A DNA stretch of 64,000 nt from Takakia lepidozioides (lineage: Eukaryota; Plantae; Bryophyta). A program made the translations under genes and the position numbers. The stretch is from contig CM060732.1 of the NCBI GenBank assembly GCA_030704615.1, positions 78,492,001 through 78,556,000 of the forward strand, in the 5' to 3' direction. The number at the start of each line of letters is the position of its first letter. Position 1 is the first letter of the stretch. Below the pieces are notes generated by a model that made no database searches, was not told the DNA's origin, and worked only from the letters and a program-made list of their open reading frames with translations. Of this stretch, positions 47,880 to 61,100 are shown piece by piece.

Positions 47880-48320
47880 GCTTCGATATGAGGAGGAACC
47901 TTACGGGGCGTAAGGTGCCTCACGAGGAGGAACTTTAAGTGTAAGGTCACGAGGATGGCACCTTACGCCCCGTAAGGTACCCTCCACATAAGAAATTTGA
48001 GCCAGTTATTTACGTAAGGTGCCTCGAGAGGAGGAACTTTAACCGTAAGGTCGAGAGGATGGCACCTTATGCCCCGTAAGGTACCTTCCATATAATAAAT
48101 TTGAGTTTCTTATGAGCCAGTTCTTTACGCAAGGTGCCTCGAGAGGAGGAACTTAGCAGTGCCTGATTTTATCAATTGCGCCGCTGCTGCTGCGGCTTCC
48201 AGTTGACCATCTACCCATGCAAGTTTCTTGTACTTTAAGCGTAAGGTCGAGAGGATGGCACCTTACGCCCCGTAAAGTACCCTCCACATAAGAAATTTGA
48301 GCCACTTCTTTACGTAGACT
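47880..48320. repeat. ~105-120-bp tandem repeat with a cttacgccccgtaag hairpin core; related to 46120-46370 and 47700-47830
   Basis: taaggtgcctc..gaggaggaactt and ggatggcacctta(c/t)gccccgtaa each recur 3 times. Confidence 0.7.
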
Positions 48321-48329
48321 TCCGAACAC

Positions 48330-50507
48330 TCCCCTCCGGCGGATTCGTCTGCCAGCGGATTTGCTAGACCAGACTGAGGTTGCAGACGACTGGCGCACGT
48401 GAGTCTTGCAGCGGACTGCTTGCGAACAGTTCTCTCCGACGGACTGGCCTGCCCTGCCAGCGGACTTGCCCTTAGGAGACTGGCAGCAGACTTATGCAGA
48501 CTTTGTTGGCAGCACACACGAGCAGACTGACCTTGCAGCATACTTGCGCAAGTGAGTCTTCCAGTGGACTTCGTTACAGGACATTATCAGCGGACTGGTT
48601 TGCCAGCAGACTTGTAGAAATGAATAGGCCGGACTTGCAGCCAGGACTGCGTTGTATGGCAGGGGACTTGCCAAAGAGATAGACAATGGATGCACGCGGC
48701 GGACTTGCACGCGAATGTACAGGAGGGTACGTGAAACTTATGTAATGGCGTTTATTTCGGCGTTGGCATTGTCCACAATGAAGGCATTGGGTCGTCAGTC
48801 CGACATTTATGCGAGGAACGAGTCCCGCAAAGCTGCCATAGTGCTTGAATATTGGCGCCAATTTCTCCTCTTGATATAAGAAGACCGATTTTGGGTTGTG
48901 GTCTTTCCACATGCGGACACTCTCCGCATAGTTGGCATGTTTTTTGAACGTTTGCCACGCCCGTTTCTCGGCCAGGTTGCGTACATCCTGCTTCAACAAA
49001 AAATCGTCTCGTGTCCATACATCCCCCAACCCTGTGTTGTTCATGACGTGCTTTTTATATTCCATCATGATTTGGGCGACTGACAGGCCTCAGCACAGAC
49101 ACTCCATGACCCATGCTTTCAATTCCTCGCTAATGTGTGGTGCATAGGCGTGGCGAGTGTTCCTGAACTCAGCGGACTTCCCATGACAGATGTCCCTTTC
49201 GCGTCTGCATGCTCCATATTGTGTAGTACGTGATGACACAAATGTCGGGGGCGAGATAGCATTGCTGGACCTTGAAACAGCATTGGCAACCACGTTCGTA
49301 AGACTCTCCATATTCCAACTTCTTTCTCCTTGGGCCTTTTATGAGGGTGACATGTTCCAGCACCCACAAGAGGTCCTCCACGTTTCAGTTTGAAATCCTC
49401 CACTATCGCATTGTTGGTGCGCTTGTCATCTGGACCGTAGCAGCATTGATACCTAGACATAAAAATCACAATCGATATCCATCGACTTCTGGAAGCATGA
49501 AATCACAGTACGTGGGTACGAAAAATGGCAACAGACATGCAATCAGACTACAAAAGGACGATGAGGATGGTGCACACATGATACTGTTCAGAAAACTGTT
49601 GGCTCTCGGCTCATTTAGCATGTTGGGTTGCACTTTAGTATGGACATTCACCCAAAACTGAGTGGGGTAGTCCACCAAACTCTCCTCTCCAAGGAGAAAG
49701 TCATCAACTCTATCCCACGGTATGCAGACCTTCTAAACATTCACTCGCGCACCCATATAACCATATTGCGTGTGTCTCTTCCAATGGAGGTCATTCGTAT
49801 CGAAGGGTCCTAGTTTGGATGTTTGCAAACTTTATCGAAGAGGCCGTATAATCCAGCTTCCCGTTTTTAGTATATCATCGTCTTCTGCTTTCACGTCCAT
49901 GCCCTGTACAGTACAGAGGACACGCTTTAGAATCTGCAAGAAACGCGCCGCAGTACACTGGACACGATGGACAACATGCAAGGAACATCAGTGCGCACGT
50001 TCGCGGCTGTTGGCAAGTGGCAGGCGGCAGGGATAAGGTTTGAATTCATGCCCTAAAAATGGAGGGCTCAGATGGCATTTACGAATGGACGGTCCAGATG
50101 CGGCATCATCAGTGGACTGGAGGAAAACGGACTCATGGGCGGCGGACTGGTGAGCAGATTGTTGGGTGGACTAGCCGGGATTGGCACAACGGACTGACAT
50201 GGATGGCGCGGATGGGTTTATCAGAATGGACGATCTAGATCCTTCGGCCAGCGCGCACTGGCAGACTGGGGGCAGCAAATGGGCACAACGGACTGTTGGG
50301 TGGACTTGCGGGGAATGGCAGAGCAGACTGACCGGCAGACTGGCCGTTTGGGGCACGGCTGGTGAACCCACAGCTGCTGGGGCCGCGGCACCAGCTAGGC
50401 GACCGCACGCTGCGGCGCCTGTTTCCGGGGGGAGCCGGGCATCCGTGTGCGGGGCCCACCGGTCAGCTGGTGCGCCATAGCGTCCCAATTATTGTAAAAT
50501 GAGAGGC
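48330..50507 (-). mobile_element. Diverged partial second copy of the MULE: one TIR plus the 5' part of the transposase, internally deleted
   Basis: TIR end aaaatgagaggc at 50507. Colinear with about 40510-42680 but lacks the equivalent of about 40609-41070, which includes the first catalytic Asp. Confidence 0.85.
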
Positions 50508-51299
50508 GCCCGTTTCGCCACATTATACTAAAATAGTAATAAGGTATGTAGGTATGTACGGCGATACTAGTTACATTATTCATTTGTCCCGTGGCGATGG
50601 ATGGCGAGAGAGAACATGAACCATGGTTAAGTCAGGTTTTCACTGCGGTTTTAAGCGTTGGAGCTTCCCGTTGTTTTGGAAGAGAGAGATACGGAAGACT
50701 AGGAATGAAGTGCAATGCTGCGAAGGAGCTGTGGCGCTGTGGACAAGGAAATTGCTACGAGGATTCATTTTCCCTGCATGTTTCTTGCTTCATCGTCTAT
50801 TTTCCCCCCGTTTGGAATCTTGATTTTTTAGTGTCAATTAGAATTGTTCGTCACCTGTGACACACAGAATCACTTATGAACACTCATTCATGCTATATCG
50901 TTGGCTTTCTGCGTCAGTGATATCGTTGAATTCAGCTTCAGTTTCGAGATTCAGACGTATCTTCGCTGTGAGTTTGTTGTTGTGATTGCTGGATCAATAA
51001 ACTTGGTGTTGTGAAAAAAGGTGGATTATGAGGGAAAGATCTGAGGGCATAGGAAGCAGGAGAAGGAACAGAGTCGATGTGGATAGGGGATTGCGAAGGG
51101 CAAAAGAGACTAAAGAGCTGTGGGAGGGATGCAACAAGCTGACAATCTCCAGAAGAATCACAGTAGATATAGATAGGAATCTAGAGGGAATTAAAGAGAG
51201 AGAGTTGAAAGAGAATATTGAGGTACTGTTCGGATGAAGGAACTAAGGGAAGACAAGGCTGGGTGCAATGAGTTGAGCAAAGAGAAGCGATCGGATTCA

Positions 51300-53717
51300 A
51301 TGGATGCCCTCCCAGACGAGGTGCTATGGGAAGTTATGGCGCATGTGAAGGACACGATGCAGAGGAACTTTTTGGGACTCGTGTGCAGGCGCTTCTATGA
51401 GATCGAACGTGCGCAGCGTAGCCACTTGAAGGTGGGATGTGGTTTGCATCCTGTGCAGTCCGCCATATCCTCTCTCTGCAGACGATTCCCGCATTTAACT
51501 ACTGTAGATATAATCTACTCACGATGCATGTCGAAGCTCGGGGATCAGATTGATGACGAAGACCTCTTCACCTTGGTATCGGAATGCCGAAACCTCACCA
51601 ACCCATCAAGGATCCAGGTTTTGGAACTCTGTCTTCATGTGCGAACCTCAAAGTCCTGCATCTCAATTTCATCCCTGGAATCACAGGTCCGGTGCTGTTT
51701 TTCAACCGGTACTTTGAATTCTGAAATGTGGTTTAGGAGTTGCTGAGTCTGTCCCGTTAGGCTGCATGTGGGCCAGAATGTCAAGTCCAGCTGATTTTGT
51801 GTCCTAACAATTTTGTAAGAATCTCAAAATAAAACAGTTGGATGCCAGAAGAGTCTGGAATTAGCAGCCTCTGAGGTTTCCATGAAGCCACCAATACTTG
51901 AAAGTAACTGGCCAGGAGAGAAATGCTAGTTCTATGGCAACGTCTATAGCCAAAAGCCCTCTTTTTCAGTCACAGCATGCATTTTGGATCGAAAGGTTCA
52001 ATAGGCTAATGGATGACCATCCGTTTGATCGTCAATTGTGTCATCATGCTTGAAATGTTTGAAATTCCAGATTACAGCACTTTTTTTTTTTCCCCCATAA
52101 GGTGATAAACTGGGAATAGGAGAATTTGATATCCTTTTCTGCACTTTGGGAGAGGTTTGATTTCGACCATTTTTCGTTTCTAGTCTTATACATCTAATTG
52201 CCCAGGCTATCCGCCTGGCCAACACGTATACTTGAGAATGTGGTGAGAGACTGCATGGTTGGGCATGCAGGAGCATCATCAGCTGGGTACGGTAGTCTGC
52301 AATATATATGGGAAACTAGGATTAAGTTTGAGATACATTTACTCGTGCATGCTGTTTAAATATTCTGCCCTTAAGATAAGGTTTTTCAGTTGTAGAGTAT
52401 ATGTTGCAATCGTAGTTATCTTTCTATCGACTTGAGGTCGATTTTCTAAGGTTTCGTAGAAAATCTTACTAACATTGAAACTCATGCTGTGATGGTCAGG
52501 GCGTGACCTTTTGTCTTTGGTATGGGGATGTAGAAGCATCAGCACCCTGCAGTTGACTCACTGTGTCAATGTGACCAGCACGGAGTGGCTCACATTTTTG
52601 GGCCAGAATGGCAAAGTGGAAAACCTGCTTATCAAGCACTGTCGAGGAATAGGGGTGGGGGATCTTGTAAAGCTCGGGAAGGGCTGGCAACAGTTGCAAG
52701 AGTTGCATTTTGAGGTCGATCCTATCCAGCGACATACAGAGGTGGTTGTTGCCAAGGAGAACAATTTTCAGCCACAAATACCCCATGGCTGCAGGTGGGA
52801 TTCAGTTCTTTTAGATGGCATTTGATTGTGCATATGATCTGAAGCTGATGAGGCAGATGTGTGAACATATCATGATGCAGGTGCTCCTGCATTGTGAAAC
52901 CCTCATGCGTCTCCACCTGGACACATGCGTTGGGGTTCATGATGAAGATTTGGTACCCCTGGCAATGAGATGCACTCACCTTCAGTCGGTTTCTTTGCGG
53001 GTTCCCTCCATTTTTTCGATGTCCCTAAGGCACAGTGACTACCCAGGGCTGACTGATGCAAGTCTCAAATGCATAGCAGAACATTGTCTGAAACTCGAGG
53101 AAGTTGCCATCCGCTTCGTGGATGGGAATTTCCCGCTTTTCTCATCATTTACAGAGGACGGCATACTTGCCATTGTTCGAGGATGCCCTTTACTGCGGGT
53201 GCTTGTATTGGACCGTGCCTACTCGTTCACCGATGCAGGCATGCAGGCAAGTCTGTCTCCCTTCTTCTCCTGTGGAAAATTATTTGTTTTTGTCTCTGTT
53301 TCCCGTAGATGTGATAATTTGTGTCTTGTGCTCTCTCATTTCTGTGTAATGCCCCATTCAGTGAAACTCACAATTAGCTATTGAGGAAATGCTATTCTGA
53401 AAGTGACTCTGACTTTGTCACATTTTCTTACATGATTGATGCAGATGGTATGTGCATCTCGGTCACTTCAAATATTGCAGTTGGGGCAGTGCCAGGAAGT
53501 CAGCGATGAAGGCATAAGGTTTGTAGCACAATCGAATTTGTGTGATCTTCGCCTGTTCCGGTGTCTGGGTGTCACTGATGCAGGTTTTACCGCTCTGGTT
53601 GGCACCAACAAGCTGACAAGCTTGTGGGTGGAACACTGCCCTATGATCACTGAGGCAGGTATTGTGGGTGTTGCCAAAACAATAGTCTACAAGCTCGCGG
53701 TTTCCTGGTTGCTTTAG
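51300..53717 (+). pseudogene. FBL14: F-box/LRR-repeat protein 14-like, with two apparent frameshifting deletions. Exons about 51300-51686, 52500-52794, 52881-53246, 53445-53717.
   Basis: MDALPDEVLW F-box, LKVGCGLHP..LCRRFP..IIYS..MSKLG.QIDD, SLRVPS, DG.FP...SFT..GI and CQEVSDEG match plant FBL14. Frame breaks at about 51600 and 52780. The third intron is GC-AG. Confidence 0.8.
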
Positions 53718-56700
53718 GTCAGTTCTGCTGCAGGATACAGCAAAGTGACAGCACTGTTTTTCCTTGGAGGTTTTGTATCATGAAAAATATTCCAAATTGC
53801 TAGTTTTCAGATGCCCCCTTCATTAATTGATCATTCACCGGGGTTTACAAACATCTCCCCCTTTGGATTGGGAGGTTAAGAGAGGATCGGAGATTCCTAC
53901 ACCAAATAGATGAGATCAGAGCAGTTATATCCCTCCACATTGCCAAGAGAGGCAGTGACATGATATGTTCTTCAGCTTCACAGCAGGCTGAGCTCAGTCA
54001 CTAGAAAGTACTGTACAATTGTGGAAGAAACTCAATATGACCAGCCATTGAAGAGGTAGTTAGAGTATCTGATAAAATGAGAGGCCTTTGAAATTGGATT
54101 TATTCCAGTCCCTCACATACATACTCACACTCACTTGTGCCTCTTGAGCTGACCACACATACAGTGATCGACGAAAATACCATTGCATAAACAATGAGTG
54201 AAGGAAAGTACCGCGTATGCCTTCAGAGGCACTCAATCATGAAGTTCAATCATGATGTGGATCGGTCCCCATTGCCAAATGACAGACTGCCCTGTGGCTG
54301 TAGACCATGCACCCAGTTTGTTCGGATGGGGCAGGAAAGGTGGAGAGAGCAGATGGGAGGAGAGATGAATGGGTGCAACTATCCTCCTCAAAATGACCTT
54401 GGTACTAAACTTAGCCTGTCAGTTTTAGACTGTCAGGTGAGGTTAGCTGTATTGAACCATTTCAGAATTGACTAATTCAACTGGGCTCATGTGGTGGTGC
54501 GTATGAGCAATTGAAAGTGGATGCCTATTTGTTAACTTGATAAACGAGACCCCTCTATTACGTACAGACAAATCCAAGAACCACTATACATCAAGCCCAC
54601 ACCCACAAGAGGATACAGGAAATGTTAGAAGGAAAATAAATAGATTCAAGAAACAAGTGTAATTTAAGAATGCAGATTTGTGTACAAGCTACCAAGCGCG
54701 AGTAAAACCATCAACACCACATTCTGGCCATATGCTGCTATGGCCCAATCGTGGGTGATCGTGGGTGAGACACACATCTCCCAAGGCTGTTGCTTTCACG
54801 ATTTATACTCTTTTTGCAGCTCTTTCTGAGGTTTGCTGACAGATTTCTGCATGACACCACCAAAACAAAATATCATTTATTTGACCAGCCATGCAAACTT
54901 GGCAGCAATAGTGTTTCAGACATTTACCTGCCCAGGAGCAAAGAAGACCATAGCAGAAATAACATAGAAGCACATCAAACTGTATCAAACTCAATTGGAA
55001 ACCCAAGTTTGGGATGATGCTTGCCCTGCACATCAACCCCGCGGTAGTCCTCATATATTGCTAGAAGGAAGACCCGGAGACATGCAAATAGACGATTTCT
55101 AATTCAGAAATCTTCACAAAAGCACTCAATATCTTTAAGTGAAGAGATATGGCTCTCAATTTCACATTGCCATCTATTATTGTTTACGGCCTTGTTCCTA
55201 AAACTTTTGAAGAAAGAGGGAAGGGACCGAGAATTGACGAGGGGTGGGGCGGGAGCTCACTCTTGGAGGGCTAGCAGGCTAATGATCATTGTCACTTTGG
55301 AGGCCCTTAGCTTCCTCTCTGCAAGCTAGCCCTCAGTCACAGCTTCATTTAAGTAGGCTGGAAGTTTGTCAAGCATCCAGTTTATAACACATCAACTCAA
55401 TGTCAATACTGTATGCAATATGATCTGTGCCTCTGAAAGGATTATTACCAGTAGCCTACCACTGGCAGTGGTTCTCATGAAATGAACCTGCATCCCACTT
55501 TCTTCTGGGCAGACACAAGCCAGTCCTAACATGTCATAGAGCACCTCAAAAGGGTATTCAGATTTGGTGAATGACAAGTTTAGGATATATTGTTGCAGAC
55601 AGTACTGTTGCTGCAATCCCTGGTCACGACAATTATTTTGACTATATTGAAGGCAGGGAACAAACATTTTAAGACCACCGGGTATTGGAGTGGAGTGCTT
55701 TGGGACGTAATATTAGATGTGAGTGCCACATAACAGGGAAGGAGAAAGTAAGGAGATTTCTCGTAGGGTGCAGGGTTTGTCATGCGTGCCTCCATTGGTT
55801 TTCTTGCAACCGCTTTTCTGCAATACCCATCACAATAGAGGTGGATCCTTGAGTAGTTGAACAGACCAAGTCCATGGCAAATGAATGACCATGAACCTGA
55901 TGAATGAATGGTTTGAGTCAAGTTCCTTCTAAATGGCTGATTAAGTTGTCAGAATAGGTTGCAAGAGAAGGGAAGTCTGGAACTTTTCAAATGTTTGACT
56001 CAGACTGTACATAAGGGGTATAGATATGGAATGGGAAAACAAGTTGAAAGGGTTTCAGCCTCACATGGAGTTTTGCCTTTTGCGGGCCTCCCTTTTCATC
56101 CATTGACATCTGCATGCCAATTAACAATACACCCTTGTGGTAGTATTCTCACTAGGCACCTAGTTCTTAAACATGAAGTATTAAGTTAGAACTGAAATTA
56201 AAACCTTGATGGAATAATTCAATAACCTCTAACCTTGAGAGAGAGAGAGAAAACGCTGACAGAAGCCAGCACAACCCTAACCTTCACAACTAAGGGAGCT
56301 TCCATTTGTGTGGTGAACACAATCTTCTGCCTTCCTTTTGGTACTCGATTTAACCTAAATCCAGGCCACTATCCCTAATGTTGACACAAAATGCTGCCAT
56401 TTGGAACTACCAATTCTCAATCAAACAAACATCACCTGAAAGCCAGATGACATCGATAACATAGTCAGTATCATTTCAAAAGCACACAAATCACATTCCC
56501 AAACCAGAGGTGAAGGAAATTCATGAAGAAATGTGACATGGCATTGGAAGAGAGTCATACTTGCCACAGTACCGATGCAACCGTAACAGCGCCAAAGGCG
56601 CCGGCAAGTATGATCACAGGGCCAAATGCCAGATTCCATCTAGCTGTTATCATGGTTCTTCACCTGATGCTTCTGCCTTGGTTTTTCAGAGCCTTCACCT

Positions 56701-57109
56701 ACCCTACACATCAAAGATTTATATCAGTCTTAGTAACTCTGCACCTGTTCCTCAAGCAAAGAAGTTACTAGATACATAAACTCTGCAAAGGACTCCTCAA
56801 CACAGCCAAGGTGTGGTCCATCTGAATTCGATGTATATACCACTATCTGATACAGCCAGGTTTTACTGGAGCTTTTTAGATTGCATCATCTCACACCTGC
56901 CTGTCTCTGCGATTAAGTCCATAGCTAGGCTTCAATTGCTCTTATTCAGATGTATCAATCAGGTAACCTTTACCACCCCGAATATCAAACACCCACCCCT
57001 ACTTTAAAGATTGCACTTCAATCTTCTTACTAAAATTCTTTCTTCAACATCTACATTGCACAGCCGAGGGTTCACCCGCTCCGATTACTTACCGTATCAA
57101 ACCCTTTCT

Positions 57110-57940
57110 GCTCCACCTTTCTCAACACTCCCTCACACACGCCCAAGAATTCACTCCTCATCCCTAGGACAGAAGATCATCATCAAATCCTTGATAGCAC
57201 CGGCAGAAGCTTACTAATTGTTACGTTGGCTAAGGAAGATTACACGGAGACATTCCACAAGACAGAATAGATTTTGTTTGAACAACTACATTCACTCGCA
57301 CGCCCCGGAATATACTCCCTCGTAATCTTATGAAGTCACTCCACGAAACCGTTCCTGGCAAAGAGTGAAGCTTGCTAACTTTTACCTCCGCCAAGAAAGA
57401 TTACAATGCGATGATCCACGAGACAACGGATAGACTTTTTATTTTAACACTACCCTCACACGCACGCTAAGAGATTCACTCCCTCGTAATCCTATGGAAT
57501 CACCTCATCAAACCCTTGGTTGCACAGGCGAAGCTTGCAAAAATGCAACTCGGCTAAGAAAAATTCACTACGCTGATCCAGCAGACAAGGGACAGATTAT
57601 CAAACCCTCACCACCCCGCATTCCATTTTCAAACAAACCTACCTCGTAATCCCTGGTCATCCGATGCAATCAGATCATCCAATCCGTTCTCGCACAAGGC
57701 ACAATCGCACCTTGGCCAAAAGACATTAGACTGCAACGATCGAAGCGACTATGCGCAGATTATGACACCGTTACTGTATACATTCTTTTATTCACTATAT
57801 ACCTCACACACGCCCCATGATTAAATTCCTACTTCTCATACAGAAGAACATCATCAGTAAAGGTTGAATGCACATTCAGAAGCTCGCGAAATCTCACCTT
57901 GGAAGGAAGATTACACTGCGCTGCTCCACGAGATAACCAC
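57110..57940. repeat. Highly diverged ~162-bp tandem repeat, about 5 units, immediately upstream of the PRS gene
   Basis: gaagct anchors at 57206, 57367, 57530 and 57879. cac(a/g)cgc, cctcgtaatc and aagattaca also recur. Confidence 0.7.
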
Positions 57941-58102
57941 GCCTGGCAAGGGCCGAGAGGCAAGAAGGAAGAAGAAAGGAGGAACGGATGATATGCCGAT
58001 AGATGGATGGATGGATGGATGGACGCAGATTGCAGAGAAAGGAGCCTTCGTATATGCGAGCTTCACAAGAGGCCGTTAGAGAGGACCAAGACATGAGGGC
58101 GC

Positions 58103-61100
58103 ATGGCATCCTGGCCCCCTCCATCTCCACAGGGTGGTAGATGTTCTGCTTTGCAATTTTCCTCTGCTGCTCGACTGAACACGGATATGATTTACGCAAA
58201 TTTGAAGCCAGGTAATCCCCAATCCTGCAATTTGCAATATTACAATCTGCAACCTCAGTGTAAAAAATCTTGCAAATTCAGTGTTGGGTTGTCCAATGCT
58301 TGTTTGGAGCCAGTTCGAAGCTGTGCGAGTACAATAGATCAGTACGGGGGATCACAGAAGAGGGATTCGTTGCGGGAGGTGACTATGGAGGCCGCGACTG
58401 CTTCCATGCAGGCGGTTGGCGATCAGAGGGATGCCTATGCGGCCATTCCTACCCTCCCTGTCGCTTCCGCGCTCGCAGGATCGGGGTCTGAAATGGGGGA
58501 GTTGAGTGGCAGAGCCTGCAGACTACTGGACAGGCCTAATAAAAAGCAGGTGTTCTTCGTCCTTCGGCAAGACATTCTGATTGTCATGGAGTTTTTCAAA
58601 GCACAACAATAACTCTATTTTTTTTTTTGGCTATGGTAAGGTTTTTACGTCAAATTACCGAACACATGGAGTGCTGGTGGATGTTCTAAGCTTCTTGCAT
58701 GTTTCACTTTGATAGCAAGTACAGGGGAAAATTAATACATTGCAGAACTTTTGCAGGTGCGTCTATTCTATTGCAGTGAGACAGAGGACCTAGCACGTCG
58801 TGTTGCTGCAGAGAGCGACTCAATTGAGCTGAAATCCATCAGATGGGAGTACGCAGCTCTGTTTTCCTTTCTTCTGCTGCCTTTACTTGTTTGAATCTGG
58901 TTTTGACTTTTGATCACAAGATGTCTATGTTAAGGACGTTGCATGAAAAGCCTATTTCACCACCATAAGTACTAAACCCAATACAGTTCAAACAGTCTCA
59001 ATTCAGAAAACTGTAGTCTGGGTTTAGGGTTTTTAGTTGTTGCTTACCCTATGACAGTGTGGTGCCAAACATTGCGATTTAAATGTGGCCTGGATATACT
59101 GTCCCAATTATATATCATGGGTCACAAACACTGGCACTTGTTTATCAGGCTTGCTTGACGAAATGATCCTCTTTCCCTTTACCAGTCTTGTGCGGTGGGG
59201 TGTCGGTGGTATATAGCCAATGTCCATGGTTACATTTTGAAGTTGCAAGGCATTCAATTTGTGTGATCTCAAGGTCAAGTAAGAAATAAATGGCTAATGA
59301 ATGGCCTGCTGCAACTGCAGGACATTTGCGGATGGCTTCCCCAATCTATTCGTGCCAAATGCTCATGGGATTCGCAGTCAGCATGTGGCTTTCCTCGCGT
59401 CCTTCAGTTCTCCTGGAGTCATATTTGAGCAGCTCTCGATCATTTATGCCTTGCCCCGCATGTTTGTGTTGTCATTCACACTTGTGTTGCCATTTTTTCC
59501 AACGGGGACTTTGGAGCGTATGGAGGATGAGGGTGATATTGCAACGGCCTTCACATTAGCAAGAATTCTATCCAATATTCCCATCTCTAGGGGGGGACCA
59601 ACAAGTCTCGTCATTTTTGATATCCATGCTCTCCAAGTAAGCCACCTATGCCTTGGTATTGATTCCTGAGCTTTGTTTGCCGTATCATCTGCAGTTTGTA
59701 AAAAGTTTAGCGAATGAAATTCTTGCTGACAAGTAACTAATTGATTGACCTGGGGTTGCAGTACGTGGCTTCCCAGGACTTGTCAAGTGGGACGCCATTC
59801 TGACCATTGGCGAACATTGACCTTGGGTAGAAGGTTGCTCTATCAATTGTGTTTCCCCCCGTAGTCAATGACACTTCACAATGACCTCCCTCGACATACA
59901 ATTACTGCTTACCTTAAAGCTATACATCTTTGTTTGGTTGTGTATGTTCTAACTGTGGAGGACTTGATGCTTTTAGGAGAGGTTCTACTTTGGAGATAAT
60001 GTGTTGCCATGTTTTGAGACTGGCATCCCATTGCTCAAGTATCGCCTGCATCAGCTTCCTGACTCTAACAATGTGAGATCTCCAAACACCTGTCTTTAAT
60101 GTCATAATAAGGGGAGTAAGTGGAGAGTCTCCATCATTGAAATCCGCTCCTCTTTGTACATGGACATGTCTTCTCACAGATTCTAGATTTACTTATGCAC
60201 GAGGCTGTTGAGAAGTGTGGTTTTCGAATTTTTTGTCTTCCTGTCGTTGTAATGAATCCACTTGCTTGGTATTTTGAGAAAACACAAAGAGGAGCTATGT
60301 TGGGGGCGTTGGGGATGGTGGCAGGTGAGCATTGCTTTTCCAGATGAGGGTGCATGGAAGCGTTTCCACAAGCAGCTTCAGCACTTTCCCACAGTATGTC
60401 TATGCATATAATATTGCTTCAGGTTCAGAGAGATCAGGAGTGAGTGCCTCGGGTTCCAGCTGAGGTCCTACGTGGCTAGCCACATTCAATCTCATTCTAC
60501 TTTCCTAAGCTGAATGTGTTAGAATAGCTAATTCCTATTCAATACCACATTTCCCGGTCGTACCCTGCAACTGAAAACAAAGTTGAGGTGCAAAGGAGTA
60601 CCACCATGAGGAGCTAAATAGTCTGACAGAAAACATGGATGGGTGCAGATCATATGCACTAAGGTGAGGGACGGCAATAACCGTATTGTGAGGCTCAAGG
60701 AGGGAGACCCAAACGGGCGGCATGTGGTCATTGTGGATGACTTGGTGCAATCTGGAGGCACTCTCATTGAGTGTCAGGTCTGCAAACCTTGCCTGACTTC
60801 CTCTCTTTCCCTGTCTCACAAACTTACACACAAACTGTTTCGAGACACTTGTGCATTCTTCAAGGATGGCTCTCTACATGTGCTTGTACTTATCAGATTG
60901 ATGATGAATGACTGATTCAGATAAGATAGACTGAGCAGTTTGGGATGTGTTGGCCAGCACACTATCTCCCAGTAATTGAAATTTTGCATGTGGTTTGGGT
61001 GGAGTACTTTCAGAAGCTCCTAGGAGCAATGGGAGCAGCCAAAGTGAGTGCATATGCAACACATGGGGTCTTCCCCAAGAGGTCGTGGGAACGATTTCAC

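Noticed and set aside
54525-54555. 18S rRNA-like snippet (gttaac..aacgagacc)
   Set aside because: Too short and gapped, with no flanking rRNA similarity
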